Source: Scyliorhinus canicula (Eukaryota). Taken from it: a stretch of 64,000 nt of DNA. Shown here in pieces: positions 36,547-49,141 of this stretch. Where the stretch lies: NCBI RefSeq assembly GCF_902713615.1, contig NC_052151.1, positions 33,220,429 to 33,284,428 of the forward strand, read 5' to 3'. The translations under genes and the position numbers were made by a program. The first letter of the stretch is position 1. Every line of letters starts with the position of its first letter. Below the pieces are notes generated by a model. It was not told the DNA's origin. It saw only the letters and a program-made list of their open reading frames with translations, and did no database searches.

Positions 36547-37927
36547 GATAACCCCGGTAACTATAGGCCGGTGAGCCTAACGTCTGTGGTGGGTAAGGTC
36601 TTGGAGAGGATTATAAAAGATACGATTTATAATCATCTAGATAGGAATAATATGATTAGGGATAGTCAGCATGGTTTTGTGAAGGGTAGGTCATGCCTCA
36701 CAAACCTTATCGAGTTCTTTCAGAAGGTGACTGAACAGGTAGACGAGGGTAGAGCAGTTGATGTGGTGTATATGGATTTCAGTAAAGCGTTTGATAAGGT
36801 TCCCCACGGTCGGCTATTGCAGAAAATACGGAGGCTGGGGATTGAGGGTGATTTAGAGATGTGGATCAGAAATTGGCTAGTTGAAAGAAGACAGAGAGTG
36901 GTAGTTGATGGGAAATGTTCAGAATGGAGTTCAGTTACGAGTGGCGTACCACAAGGATCTGTTCTGGGGCCGTTGCTGTTTGTCATTTTTATAAATGACC
37001 TAGAGGAGGGCGCAGAAGGATGGGTGAGTAAATTTGCAGACGACACTAAAGTCGGTGGAGTTGTAGACAATGCGGAAGGATGTTGCAGGTTACAGAGGGA
37101 CATAGATAAGCTGCAGAGCTGGGCTGAGAGGTGGCAAATGGAGTTTAATGTGGAGAAGTGTGAGGTGATTCACTTTGGAAAGAAAAACAGGAATGCGGAA
37201 TATTTGGCTAATGGTAAAATTCTTGGTAGTGTGGATGAGCAGAGGGATCTCGGTGTCCATGTACATAGATCCCTGAAAGTTGCCACCCAGGTTGATAGGG
37301 TTGTGAAGAAGGCCTATGGTGTGTTGGCCTTTATTGGTAGAGGGATTGAGTTCCGGAGCCATGAGGTCATGTTGCAGTTGTACAAAACTCTAGTACGGCC
37401 GCATTTGGAGTATTGCGTACAGTTCTGGTCGCCTCATTATAGGAAGGACGTGGAAGCTTTGGAACGGGTGCAGAGGAGATTTACCAGGATGTTGCCTGGT
37501 ATGGAGGGAAAATCTTATGAGGAAAGGCTGATGGACTTGAGGTTGTTTTCGTTAGAGAGAAGAAGGTTAAGAGGTGACTTAATAGAGGCATACAAAATGA
37601 TCAGAGGGTTAGATAGGGTGGACAGCGAGAGCCTTCTCCCGCGGATGGGGGTGGCTAGCACGAGGGGACATAGCCTTAAATTGAGGGGTAATAGATGGAC
37701 AGAGGTCAGAGGTGGGTTTTTTACGCAAAGAGTGGTGAGGCCGTGGAATGCCCTACCTACAACAGTAGTGAACTCGCCAACATTGAGGGCATTTAAAAGT
37801 TTATTGGATAAGCATATGGATGATAAGGGCATAGTGTAGGTTAGATGGACTTTAGTTTTTTTTTTCCATGTCGGTGCAACATCGAGGGCCGAAGGGCCTG
37901 TACTGTGCTGTATCGTTCTATGTTCTA
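36547..37927 (+). mobile_element. Young 5'-truncated CR1 LINE with an open RT frame (36571-37839, 422 aa)
   Basis: QHGFVKGRSCLTNL, YMDFSKAFDKVPH, GVPQGSVLGP and FADD in one frame up to the natural stop; (TTCTATG)n tail. Confidence 0.96.
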
Positions 37928-40159
37928 TCTGGTACATCTGCTCTTTCGCAGTTGTGCAGCCAGTGCGATGTTACAGCTGGCACGTGCAGGCCCTCTCTGT
38001 AGTGTACACACACAAAGCATTGATGGTGAGGCGATAGTTGCGATGAGAATTCAGTCAAACTGCAGCCTAAATCAGAGGAGTCGAACCGCCCTCAGGCTTC
38101 TGGCCATTTCTTTCTGCCTACTCTACCCTCTAAACATTGATCTGCCTCCTTCCGCAGTGTGCTGGCATTCAGCGCATGCTTTCACCACATCTGTGAACCT
38201 GTTGACCTAAATCTGTGTGTCCTCTGTTACCACATGCTTAATACAGAATGGGCCTTGTTGCAGCCTTTTGTTGGTACAGGTGTTGCAATTGTGATGATTG
38301 GCAGACTATCATCTGTATATAATATGAGTAGTTCATCAACACTTTAAATTCGATGATCTATAATCTGCAGGTGCATTATAAGTTATATGTTTTACTGTTG
38401 TAGTTATAGCATCCGACCAGCAGGTGGGGCGAGTATGGAGTCCCAGGACCCGGATGCACCATGTGCTCCTTCAGAAGGTGTTTGTTAGGAGTTGATAGCA
38501 GTCGCAGATTAGAGCAGCTCTGTTGGATCTTAGTGTAAGTTAGTGTTATTTCCAACTGTATTCATCGTAGGCATTTTAGTCATTTGTTAGTGTAGGATTA
38601 GTAACAAATAACTTTGTTAAAAAAAGTCTAATGTTCTTTGCTCACATGGCAATATCGAGATTCCACATCAGCCCATCAAAGAATATTACAGCAATAGCCC
38701 GCCTAATGCAAATCTCAAATGCCCATCCAAGGAGAAATTGCATAAGCAAGCTCCCCCCCCGCCCCAAAAAAAGCACACACACACACACTTTCAGCCTGGT
38801 TGAATTGATACATGGTTGCTGAGAAGTAACATTTTCCCGTGTAGATTTCAAAAGCGTTAAATGCACAGAAAAGGATTGAAAGTGATACCATGAAGAGTAG
38901 GTGATCTTTTTTCCCTTCGTTCGCTGCCGAAAGACATGATTCCTTGCTGGTGCACATTTGCGCAAACAGCAGACACTTTCCAGTAACAGCCATGAATGGC
39001 GAGTTCCCACATTTTAGTCAAGGCAGTGAGTGTCTAGACGGTAAACAATGGTGTGAGGGGCTTGGAGGGTATACATCACAATCTGGTTAACGCCCAGCGT
39101 CTACATTCCAGCATGGGATAAGGGGATTGCAGTCAGGAGGAGGAACTGTGCCAAATCTTTCCCTTCGCAGTACTGCCCCAATACTGTGTGAGATTCCTGA
39201 TTGCACTCTGAAGGTCACATGTTACATGGAACGTGTGAACCTACCTGACAGGAGGGACAGCTCTTCTGAGGTTGGGATAGAGCCGCTCAAGGTTAATTGC
39301 CGCAGTGTCGCTTCAGCAGAATGGAACGGTTGGGGGAGTATTGCGAACGTGTTGATCTCACATCATGTTTGTTCAGTGGACTGTAATCCTTAAAATACCA
39401 ATATCCTTCCCACAGCAGCAATCATTCCCTTAGGCGAACTGATTGTGGCACAAGTTAACGGTTTCCAATTCTTTTGATGCCATGTTTACCTTAGTTTTTT
39501 TCTTACAACTTGTCATGTCAACAAGGTGAGGGACGTTGGCGCTGGGGCAACCGAACCCTCAACATTTTGGACTCTTGGTGCAGGCTGTTCCGTTCAGGAG
39601 TCTAAGGCCAATGGCAGAAGGGGAGATCAGGGGAACAGCTGAGCACACGCTATCTTCCATTGTTCACGTATTGATTATTCATCCACGAGGAGCATGGTGG
39701 GCAGGTGGTCGCCTCCCCCGTCGTTACCTAATGAGGTCAAAGGTCCAGCCGGCAGCTGGATGCACATTGACTCATTGCAGGCCGGGAGCTCCAGGTGATT
39801 ACTCCAGTGTCCTTGTGGCCACAACTCTCACTGGGCAAGCTGGCAACCACAACCCGGGACATGTAACTAAGACATCCAGATAAGAACACCGTCTGCAATA
39901 CTCCCATGTTCAGATCAATGTCCACCGTTGCAATGTACTTTGTTCGCCAGCATCTTTACCTTTTCAAAGCCTTGGCGCCTTTTGCAGCTCGGATCGTTGC
40001 TCCTACCGATCCAATACCAACCCACAATGTTCCCTCCGCCTCCTCATCTGAATGAGAGCCATTATACCAAGGCAGGCTTGCCTGGAGCAGGCAACATGGA
40101 TGTCTCTGTGGATTCCTGCCTCTCACTGCAGCCAATGGCAAAAGGCACAGAAAGAATGG

Positions 40160-40698
40160 CAGTTCTAGACTTTGCTGGGATCTCGATATTGCAAAGACCC
40201 ATGGGGGGGGGCCAAGAGGTGGGGGCCTGAAGGTGGGGAATGAATAGGAGGAGCATGGAGGGGAAGGGGTCTGAAAAGAGGGGAGGGCTTAAAGGAGGAG
40301 TGGGGCCTGAATAGGGGAGGGGGCCTTTGGTGACCCCATTGCAGGTGTCAGTCACTTGGGGGGGGTGGAGGAGGGGGACGCTTATACCAGCGATGAGGGG
40401 TGCGCCTGATGGCGGAGACTGGCAGGGAGTGGGATCTCTGCTGGTGAGTGGGGGAGAGGCTGGTAGACTGTAGGGTTGTCTGGAGATTGGAAAAGGCGCC
40501 GCAATCTCCGAGGATCTCGCCTGGCCGGCGTCTTTGGGATCTGCATGTTTCTTTCCCGGTGGGAATCCACCCAAGTTCCAAAATAATGACTAATTGCGAG
40601 TGGATTGTGATCTGGATCGTACCAACACACCCGACGGGAAGCTCACTGCTTTTCACACCGGAGACAAGACACAGAAATTTTCTGGGAGAATTCCGCCC
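40160..40698. mobile_element. Right end of an old Harbinger-type element (left boundary uncertain)
   Basis: Ends in TIR GGAGAATTCCGCCC like the other MITEs. Confidence 0.4.
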
Positions 40699-40902
40699 CT
40701 TATTCTTGCCCCTGGGATACAATAGCAGAACAAGAGTGATAGATTGGATGAGTGAAAGGGTGCCCAATTCTCAAGTGGTGTTGGCCCCTCTATGACCAGT
40801 CATTTTCCATGGATTTCCATGGTGGACGATCAAGGGTTTTGCTCTTCTTCACCCTAACTCGGGGCCGGGCCAGAGAATCCCCGCGACCGGCTCGAATCGG
40901 GC

Positions 40903-41098
40903 CACACCGCCCCACTGCCCCACCGCCCCACCGCCCCACCGCCCCACCGCCCCACCGCCCCACCGCCACACCGCCCCACCGCCCCACCGCCCCACCGCCA
41001 CACCGCCACACCGCCACACCGCCACACCGCCCCACCGCCCCACCGCCCCACCGCCCCACCGCCACACCGCCCCACCGCCCCACCGCCCCACCGCCCCA
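40903..41098. repeat. 8-bp tandem repeat (CCGCC[C/A]CA)n, about 24 copies
   Basis: Directly visible. Confidence 0.95.
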
Positions 41099-41490
41099 AC
41101 ACCGGGACGCTATTCTCCGCAGAGTGGAGAATCAGTGCCATTGGCACCGGCGCGGTTGGCACGGCGCCGGTCGTGGCCATTCTACGTGGCCGCCCCGTCG
41201 ATGCTCCGGCACGGGATGGGCCGCGCGGCTGCAGCAAAAAAACCCGAGTCCCGCTGGCGCCGTTCTAATCTGCTCTCAGCCTGCAGGACCTCGGCATGGA
41301 AGGGTCTGGGGGCGGCCTGTTGGGGGGGGAGTGGGGGTCCGACCTCAGGGGGGGGACCTCCGTTGTGGCCTGGCCTGCGATCGGGGCCCACCGATCGGCA
41401 GGCCGGCCTCTCTGGCTGGGGGCCTCCTTTCTTCCGCACCGGCCCCTTTAGCCCTATGCCATGTTGCGTCCGGCTGGTGTGGAGAAGGGA

Positions 41491-41747
41491 GCCACTGTGC
41501 ATGTGCGCGTTGGTGCCGGTGCCACTGTGCATGTGCGTGTTGGCGCCGGTGCCACTGTGCATGTGCACGTTGGCGCCGGTGCCACTGTGCATGTGCGTGT
41601 TGGCGCCGGTGCCACTGTGCATGTGCGTGTTGGCGCCGGTGCCACTGTGCATGTGCGCGTTGGCGCCGGTGCCACTGTGCATGTGCGCGTTGGTGCTGGT
41701 GCCACTGTGCATGTGCGTGTTGGCGCCGGTGCCACTGTGCATGTGCG
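41491..41747. repeat. 30-bp tandem repeat, about 8.5 copies
   Basis: Unit GCCACTGTGCATGTGCG(C/T)GTTGG(C/T)GCCGGT. Confidence 0.97.
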
Positions 41748-42332
41748 GACCCAACTGCACCCAGTTGACGCCAGGATCAGCAGCGGCGTGGGCCACTCCA
41801 GTGCCGTTCTGGCCCCCTGTAGCGCCAAAATTGCTGATCCTGAGGCCGAGTTGACGCCGTCGAGAATCACATTATTTCCCAGGCCACATGATAATTCAAT
41901 TAAATAGGAATGAAGAAAGCAGAGGTTTCAATTGATGCAAATATTCTTCTTGTCAGAGGAGCTGTTCCTCTGCCGGGTTATTTCTGTGGCCGAGACGCAG
42001 ACCCAGAGTGTTAGCTTTCATTTATTCACAGGTTGAGAGAACAGTTTGAATCGCTTCAGCAAGGCAACAGATAATCAGGGGCGATGACAGTCCTGAACTG
42101 CTCCGCTACACAAGACATTGTCAATGACTAAAGATCCCGTACCTAACTTGGCGGAAATGGAACGATAACAAGAACCAACCTCTGGTCTGTGGGAGGAGCA
42201 AACCTTGTGGAGTAGGAACAAAAGCAATAAGAGGAGAACAGCAGTGGGGTGGGGCTACAAAGCTAAGCGTTTATTTTTTCCTATTTCAGCATATTTACAT
42301 AGCTAATGGAAGATCCCTTCATTTTACTTTAC

Positions 42333-43513
42333 GGACGGGATTCTCTGACCCCCCGCCGGGCCGGAGAATCACCAGGGGGCGGTGTGAATCCCGTCCCACC
42401 GCACCGCCGCAGGCTGCTGGATTCTCCGGCGCTGGTTTTTCGGCGGGGGTGGGAATCGCGTTGCGCTGGTCGAGGGCAGTTGGCAGTGGCCCCCCCCTCA
42501 CTGCCCCCCCCCCCCACCCCCTCGCCGATTCTCCGCTCCGCGATGGGCCGAGTTGCCCGTTTTTGGCCAGTCCCGCCGGCGTAAATCAAACCGGGTCCGT
42601 ACCGGCGGGACCTGGCTCTGCCGGCGGCCTGCGGAGTCCTCGGGGGGACGTGTGGAGATCTGGCCCCGGGTCCACGGCCCACCGAACCGTGGGCAGGCCT
42701 GTGCCATGGGGGCACTCTTTCCCTCCGCGCTAGCCGCTGTAACGGTCCGAAATGGCCGGCGCGGAGATGAACCCCCCTGCGCTTGCGCTGGAATGACGCC
42801 AGCACACGCTGCTGCTCCTGCGCATGCGCCAACTCATGGCGGTTGGCGTGGCGCCAACCGCGCCGACGCCGGCCTAGCACCTGAAGGTGCGGAGGATTCT
42901 GCACCTTCTGGGCAGCCCGACGCCGGAGTGGTTCACGCCACTCCCCATCCTGCGACCGGTGAGGGTCTAGCAGCCAAGCTGGGAAAAGCTCCCGGCTCGC
43001 ACGACAAAAACAACTGCAGGATGGCTGGGTCCGTGGTCGTGCATGCGCCGGGCGACAACGTGCAGCGGTCTCTCCGTAAAACGTGGCACTGGCCAACCGC
43101 GGACCTAACCTGCCAAATACTGTCACCCTGGCCACCCCTCAGTCCCCCAGCCCTAGCAGAAGCACCGCCTCCCCCCCACCCTCCCACCAGCGGCACGGCT
43201 CCTGGCCTAGTGTGGCGACGCTGGACACAGTCGGCAGCCGCCACACCAGGTTCCCGACCGCCGAGACCCCACTTCAACTGTGCAGTTGGGAACTCAGCCC
43301 ATCAGGGGCGGAGCATCGTGGGAAGACCTTCAGGTGACGTGCTGGCGCCGTTCCAACGGCGTGCGGCGCACGACGTGATGACGCCATTTCGGAGGGGGCA
43401 GAGGATAGAAAACCAGCATCATACCGGCGGCGCCCCCTATTTGGGTGTCGGAAGGGATTCTCCACCCGGTTGCCGATTACGATATCAGCATCGAACAATG
43501 GTGAATCCTGCCC
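42333..43513. mobile_element. Composite Harbinger-type MITE
   Basis: TIRs GGACGGGATTCTC / GTGAATCCTGCCC, flanks TAC/AAC; left half resembles 46339-46934 (reversed), right half resembles 20690-21199. Confidence 0.75.
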
Positions 43514-43859
43514 AACATTTTCTGGCTTTAACTAATATTATTTGATCTATTTAACACCGTTGCTGTTTGATTCGTGTACCTGGTGAACGGGTGTACAGCG
43601 ATGAGACCTCTTAAAACTGAATAGCTGGGATGCCAGTTTATAAAACTACTAGAGTAGTTTTATAAAAGCTAGTTTATTAAGGATTGAGATTAGTTATAGA
43701 ATGTGTACTGGGTAATCATCATTAACTATTAAACCTGTATTTTAGGACATAGCAGCGATAATCACGTAGGCTCTGGCTACAAGCAGTGGCCACAATGCAT
43801 GATGGGATTTAGGCTAGCTAACTTGCCCATGTTTTTGAGACGCAGGAGATGTGTGGTAA

Positions 43860-45290
43860 GCAGATTACATAGTGGACGTAAACACATTTTTTTCAGTGGC
43901 CTTCAATATCCTCTGGAACAATCTATGATTTGCTTTCTTGAGCACCAACTCGGTTCTTGTCCGTCCATATCATGCGTGATGTCCATTTGAGTTATTTCAT
44001 TTCAAATGGTCTTATTCGAGCCTCTTTACTCCGCTGAATGGTCCAGCTCTCACAGCCACACATTGTCACCGGCCTCACAGGGACGTTTAGAAGATAATAT
44101 TTTGTTGTAATTGAGATCCTGTGGCTCCATTCTCTTTGAAGTGAGTTCACAATGTCACGACCCTTGTTAAGTCTGGCCCAAGTTTTGTTGGTAGACTCCG
44201 CATCTTCCGTGATGTGTGACCGAAGATAGCGGAAAGCATCAAGTTCTTCAAGCTGAAATGTGTTCATCAGAATTCTGCCAATCTTTCCACTGTTCCCATC
44301 ACCCTGGTCTTGTCAACATTGATCAGGAGACTGTTTACGGTTAATTCAATCAAGATGATCGACCAGCTCCCTTGCTGAGATGGCTGTGGTGATATGCCTG
44401 TAGATAACATTACATGTACTCAGCAGTGTGACCTCCCACAAGCAGGTGGCGCAAGACATCAGTCAGGTGACATCCGACCAGCAACAGAAGTTTGTAAGGC
44501 GTACACAAGGACAGTTGCACATAAGGGTCGTGCCAGGAGAGTCTAGAGGAAACTCTGTAATAATTTGGTCTGTATAAGATTTGTATCGTTACTTAACCAC
44601 ATTTACATTAATAAAACATCCTTCTAGCCTAGCCAGCAGCAGTTCCGTAGAATCATTGCAAGACAAGATAACTGAACACAACAATGGCGAGCAGAATGAT
44701 GTAATTGGCATGCCAAACCTTCAGAACTTACCGCCTGCCAATTGGTTTCCCACCTTTGTATCCACCATGTCTCTCATGGCCATTTCAGCAAAGATATCGA
44801 ATAAATATGGTGAGAGGGTGCACCCCTGTCCAACACCTGTTCTGAAACAGAATCGTTCTCAGAGGCTACCGGCAACTCTGACCCTAGCTCATTGCTTACG
44901 GTAAAGCTTGCCCAGCAAGTCAATTAAAAGTGGTGGATATCCCATGCTTCACATTATCAACCAGAGCTTCCACTGTGAGACAAAATCGAATCAAAATCAG
45001 TGAAGCGCATGGATATTGACTACTGATGTTCTTGGGATTTGTGTATTGCGATTTTACGACGAGTGACTTGATCCCTGGCCCCTCTTTCCGCGTCAAATTC
45101 TAGCCTGCTCATCAACAACCTCATTCTGTGTCTTTTTCCGGATTCATTCCAGGATGATCCTGGACAAGGTTTTAGGAGCACACAGGAGGTAAAAGCAATT
45201 ATGCTATCATTTGTGCACTGTTGCAAATCGCCTCTGTTTGGAAGAGGTGGTGTACTCCTGTAGTGCCGCACATTTTCTATACATCCTGTC
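43860..45290 (-). mobile_element. Decayed RTE-clade LINE, interrupted by a solo LTR
   Basis: FRYL..I, CGCESWT..RI..FEMK and GVGQGCTLSP.LF remnants. Confidence 0.8.
44385..44683 (+). mobile_element. Solo LTR (299 bp)
   Basis: TGT...ACA termini, 5-bp TSD ATGGC, AATAAA. Confidence 0.88.
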
Positions 45291-45419
45291 TACGACTGTT
45301 TCTCTTCCCATTGCAAAGTAATGCATATATAATGCCACCTTTTTAAAGGTGCCCATTACTGTCCTTCTGCCCCCAAAAAGAGGCAAATCCGTAGGTAATG
45401 AGACCAAAGCTGCAATCAG

Positions 45420-45899
45420 TACCTGCAGGTGGAGAGGAGATTTCCACTGGACAGGAGGGCATGTCTTATGAAGAAAGGTTGAGGGAGCTCGGGCTTTTCT
45501 CACTGGAGCGAAGAAGGCAGAGAAGTGACTTAAGAGAGGTACACATGATAGAGGTGTAAAAGATGATGAGAGGCATGGATAGAGTGGATAGCCAGAGACT
45601 TTTCCCCAGGATGGAAATGGCTGTCACGGGGGGGACATAATTTTAAGGTGATTGGAGGCCGGTATGGGGGAGATGTCAGGAATAGGTTCTTTACACAGAG
45701 TGGTGGGCGTGTGGAATGCTCTGCCAGCAGAGGTGGTGGAGTCAGAGTCATTAAGGATATTTAAGCGACTCTTAGACAGGCACATGGACAGCAGTAAATT
45801 GAAGGGGTGTAAGTTAGGTTGAGCATATATTAGGATAAATGGTCGGCACAACATCGTGGGCCGAAGGGCCTGTACTGTGCTGTACTGTTCTATGTTCTA
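45420..45899 (+). mobile_element. CR1 3' fragment
   Basis: TCTTATGAAGAAAGGTTG...GGGCCGAAGGGCCTGTACTGTGCTGTACTGTTCTATGTTCTA. Confidence 0.88.
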
Positions 45900-46024
45900 A
45901 GAGCTTAATATTAGGAACCCCTGGGCTTGCAAATGAGTGTAATTGGTGGGAACCCATCATGTGTTTAATTCAATCTGTGGGTGTGGCCAGCTCTGTGGTT
46001 GGAGTAAACTTCTAAACCAATCTT

Positions 46025-46199
46025 GGCCGGAATTCTCTGACCATTGGGTATCCCTTGTTCCCGTCGGCAGGCTACCCCCGCCCACAGGTTTCCCGGTGGC
46101 CTGGGGTGGTTTCAATGGGAAATTGCATTGACAAATGGCAGGGGCAGATCACCCCACCCCAGCGAAGCGTGCAACGCTGAGGACCAGAGAATCCAAACC
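46025..46199. mobile_element. Short Harbinger-type MITE
   Basis: Imperfect TIRs GGCCGGAATTCTCTG / CAGAGAATCCAAACC. Confidence 0.5.
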
Positions 46200-46279
46200 C
46201 TTTTTCATCGGCTTCGGCTGGTTTCAGGCAAATTGTGTAGACAAAAAACAGGGGTGACCTGAACGAACCCCCAGGCCAT

Positions 46280-46305
46280 TGTGTGTGTGTGTGTGTGTGT
46301 GTGTG
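46280..46305. repeat. (TG)13 microsatellite
   Basis: Directly visible. Confidence 0.95.
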
Positions 46306-46338
46306 CACTTCCTGTTAATTCTTGTCCTTATAAACCCC

Positions 46339-46934
46339 GGGCGGGATTCTCCCGTACCCTCCGCACCTTCAGGGACTAGGCCGGCACCGGAGTGGTTTGC
46401 GCAAACCCGGCAGGCGTGGAAGGCCTTTGGCGCTGCGCCAGCCGGGGCCGAAGGGACTCTGCCGGCTGGCGCGGGTCCGCGCATGCGCAGGAACGTCAGC
46501 GGCTGCTGACGGCATCCCCGCGCTTGCACGGGGGGGGGGGGGTTCACCTACGCGTCGGCCATCGCGGAGGCTGACACGGCCGGTGCGTAGGAAAGGAGTT
46601 CCCCCACTGCACAGGCCCGCCCGCGGATCGGTAGGCCCCGATCGCGGGCCAGGCCACCGTGGGGACACCCCCCTGGGGCTAGATCACCCAGCGTCCTCCC
46701 CAGGACCCCAGAGCCCGTCCGTGCCACCAGGTCCCGTTGGTAAGGGACCTAATATAATTTATGCTGGCAGGACTGGCAAAGAACAGGCGGGACTTCAGCC
46801 CATCGCGGGTCGGGGAATCGGCTGGGGGGGGGCCGCTGCGAGAATTCGGCGGCCGGCGGGGATGGGATTCACGCCGCTCCCCCGGCGATTCTCCGACCCA
46901 GCGGGGTGGGGGGGGGGGTCGGAGAATTCCGCCC
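46339..46934. mobile_element. GC-rich PIF/Harbinger-type MITE
   Basis: TIRs GGGCGGGATTCTCC / GGAGAATTCCGCCC (13/14 match); 3-bp TSD CCC. Confidence 0.88.
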
Positions 46935-47494
46935 CCCTATATTAACACTGACTATATAAACTGCCACTATAAACTTCAAACTCTAGCTTAGATTTTCCTC
47001 GAGACTTGTATCCACAGCTTCGTGACCCTTGAATTGTGAAGAAAGAGGAAATTCTGGAGTAAGTAACTCATACCACTTATTACACCACTTAATATTTTCC
47101 TGAAATGATTGTTCTGTGGCATCCACCATACCAATTAGAATATCATTATCTTAGCTTCAGTCACAGTAATGGCTGAGGCATTTTTCTGCATTTAAACCAG
47201 TTTCACACTGCAGACACTTGGAATTTTAAGAAGAATTGTCTCTGTGACTGCCAGCAGTGTGGTATTGATTTTGAAATTAATTAATTGAATCAGACTTGTA
47301 CCTTGAAGTGACACAAATGGAGTTCCGACTGAACTCGCTTCCCCTTGGAGCACCTATAACAATGATCTTTAATCCCAAGACTGAGAGAGGGAGATATTTT
47401 GGCAAAACAGCCAAGGCTTAAAGAACAAGATTGCATTCTTCTGGGTATAAAGAAACCTTCAGATATCACCCAAACATTAGAATCATCCATCGGC

Positions 47495-48025
47495 ATTGGA
47501 TTTGGATTTGTTTATTGTCAATTGCACCGAGGTATAGTGAAAAGTATTATTCTGTGAGCAGATCAAACAGATCATTTAGACATGAAAAGAAAAGAAAATA
47601 CATAAAAAGGCAACACAAGGGTCCACAATATAAATGCATAGACGCCGGCATTGGGTGAAGCATACAGGAGTGTAGTATTGATCAGGTCAGTCCATAAAGG
47701 GGTAGTTTAGGAGTCTGGTAACAGCGGGAAGAAGTTGTTTTTGAGTCTGTTCGTGCGTGTTCTCAGACTTCTGTGTCTCCTGCCCGATGGAAGAAGTCGG
47801 AAGAGTGAGTAAGCCGGGTGGGAGGAGTCTTTGATTATGCTGCCCACTTTCCCCAGGCAGCGGGAGGTGTAGATGGAATCAATGTACGGGAGGCAGGTTC
47901 GTGTGATGGACTGGGCGGTGTTCACGACTCTCTGAGATTTCTTGCAGTCCTGGGCCGAGCAGTTGCCATACCAGGCTGTGATGCAGCCAGATAGGATGCT
48001 TTCTATAGTGCATCTGTAAAATTTG
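47495..48025 (-). mobile_element. Rex1/Babar-type LINE 3' fragment
   Basis: C-terminal peptide SHPAYSLFRLLPSGRRHRSLRTRTNRLKNNFFP; end TGACAATAAACAAATCCAAATCC. Confidence 0.85.
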
Positions 48026-48522
48026 GTAATTTTACCAACCTTTCAACAGTTCAAAGAAATCCTAGTTTCACAGCAAACCATTTTCTGGATTAGCTTGTTC
48101 TATTTTACTGCTTTCGATATAGAACCTATGGACAGCTCAAATGAAGCATGCAATGACTCAAAGGAAAATAAAATAAAATAGATAAAATGCCATGCTGGAA
48201 TACCTTAACACACTGCCTTTTTATTGTTCACTATTATAAAAATGGAAGTTTCCTGAATATTACGATTGCACTGCAACCCTTTTAAACAGAGTAGTCTGCA
48301 TGGATGCATGAATGATGAATCAAGCTCATACGAAGAGCAAAATCTTTTTGTTGACCAATGGCTGTGCTGCCGACCTACCCCCCCCCCCCCCCCGATTCAC
48401 CAGCGCCCTTCGCTGTGCTGCACTCAGATCAGTTTCGTAGCTCATCACCAGCGCATTGAGGCCTAAAATGTCCGACCTAACGGTGTTAGAAGGAAATTCT
48501 GAGCTGTTGTAAAATGCACACT

Positions 48523-48843
48523 TAGAATCATAGAATTTACAGTTCAGAAGGTGGCCATTCGGCCCATCGAGTCTGCACCGGCCCTTGGAAAGAGCACCCT
48601 ACTGAAGCCCACAACACCACCCTATCCCCGTAACACAGTAACCCCACCTAACCTTTTTGGACACTGAGGGGCAATTTAGCATGGCCAATCCACCTAACCT
48701 GCACATCTTTGGACTGTGGGAACACACGCAGACACGGGGAGGATGTGCAGACTCCGCAAAGACAGTGACCCAAGTCGGGAATCGAACCTGGGACCCTGGA
48801 GCTATGAAGCAAAAGTGCGAACCGCTGTGCTACCGTGCCACCC
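48523..48843 (-). mobile_element. V-SINE with CR1 tail type B
   Basis: Same family as 27917-28266; small internal deletion. Confidence 0.88.
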
Positions 48844-48910
48844 ACACTTGCACGAGAACATGCCAGCATTGATCCCACAACCTCCCTTTTGGGCAACAGG
48901 AAAGCTTTGA

Positions 48911-49141
48911 TTTTTTTTTCTTTTTTCAAAATTTAGAATACCCCAATTCAGTTTTTCTAATTAATGGGCAATTTAGCGTAGCCAATCCACCTACCTATCC
49001 ACATCTTTGGGGTGTGGGGGAGAAACCCACGCAAACACGGGGAGAACGTGCAAACTCCACACGGACAGTGACCCAGAGCCGGGATCGAACCTGGGACCTC
49101 GGCGCCGTGAGACTGCAGTGCTAACCACTGCGCCGCTGTGC
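48911..49141 (-). mobile_element. Short poly(A)-tailed V-SINE
   Basis: Same family as 2802-3028; TSD not convincing. Confidence 0.85.

Larger units (their letters stand above)
40861..41869. mobile_element. Harbinger-type MITE with two internal tandem expansions
   Basis: Shares GCGATCGGGGCC(C/T)ACC.ATC.GCAGGC and TTGACGCCG blocks with 23807-24426; termini eroded. Confidence 0.7.

Noticed and set aside
40752-43545. ORFs of 200-338 aa in GC-rich MITEs
   Set aside because: Low-complexity Pro/Arg/Gly/Cys translations of tandem repeats and GC-rich DNA; no transposase motifs.
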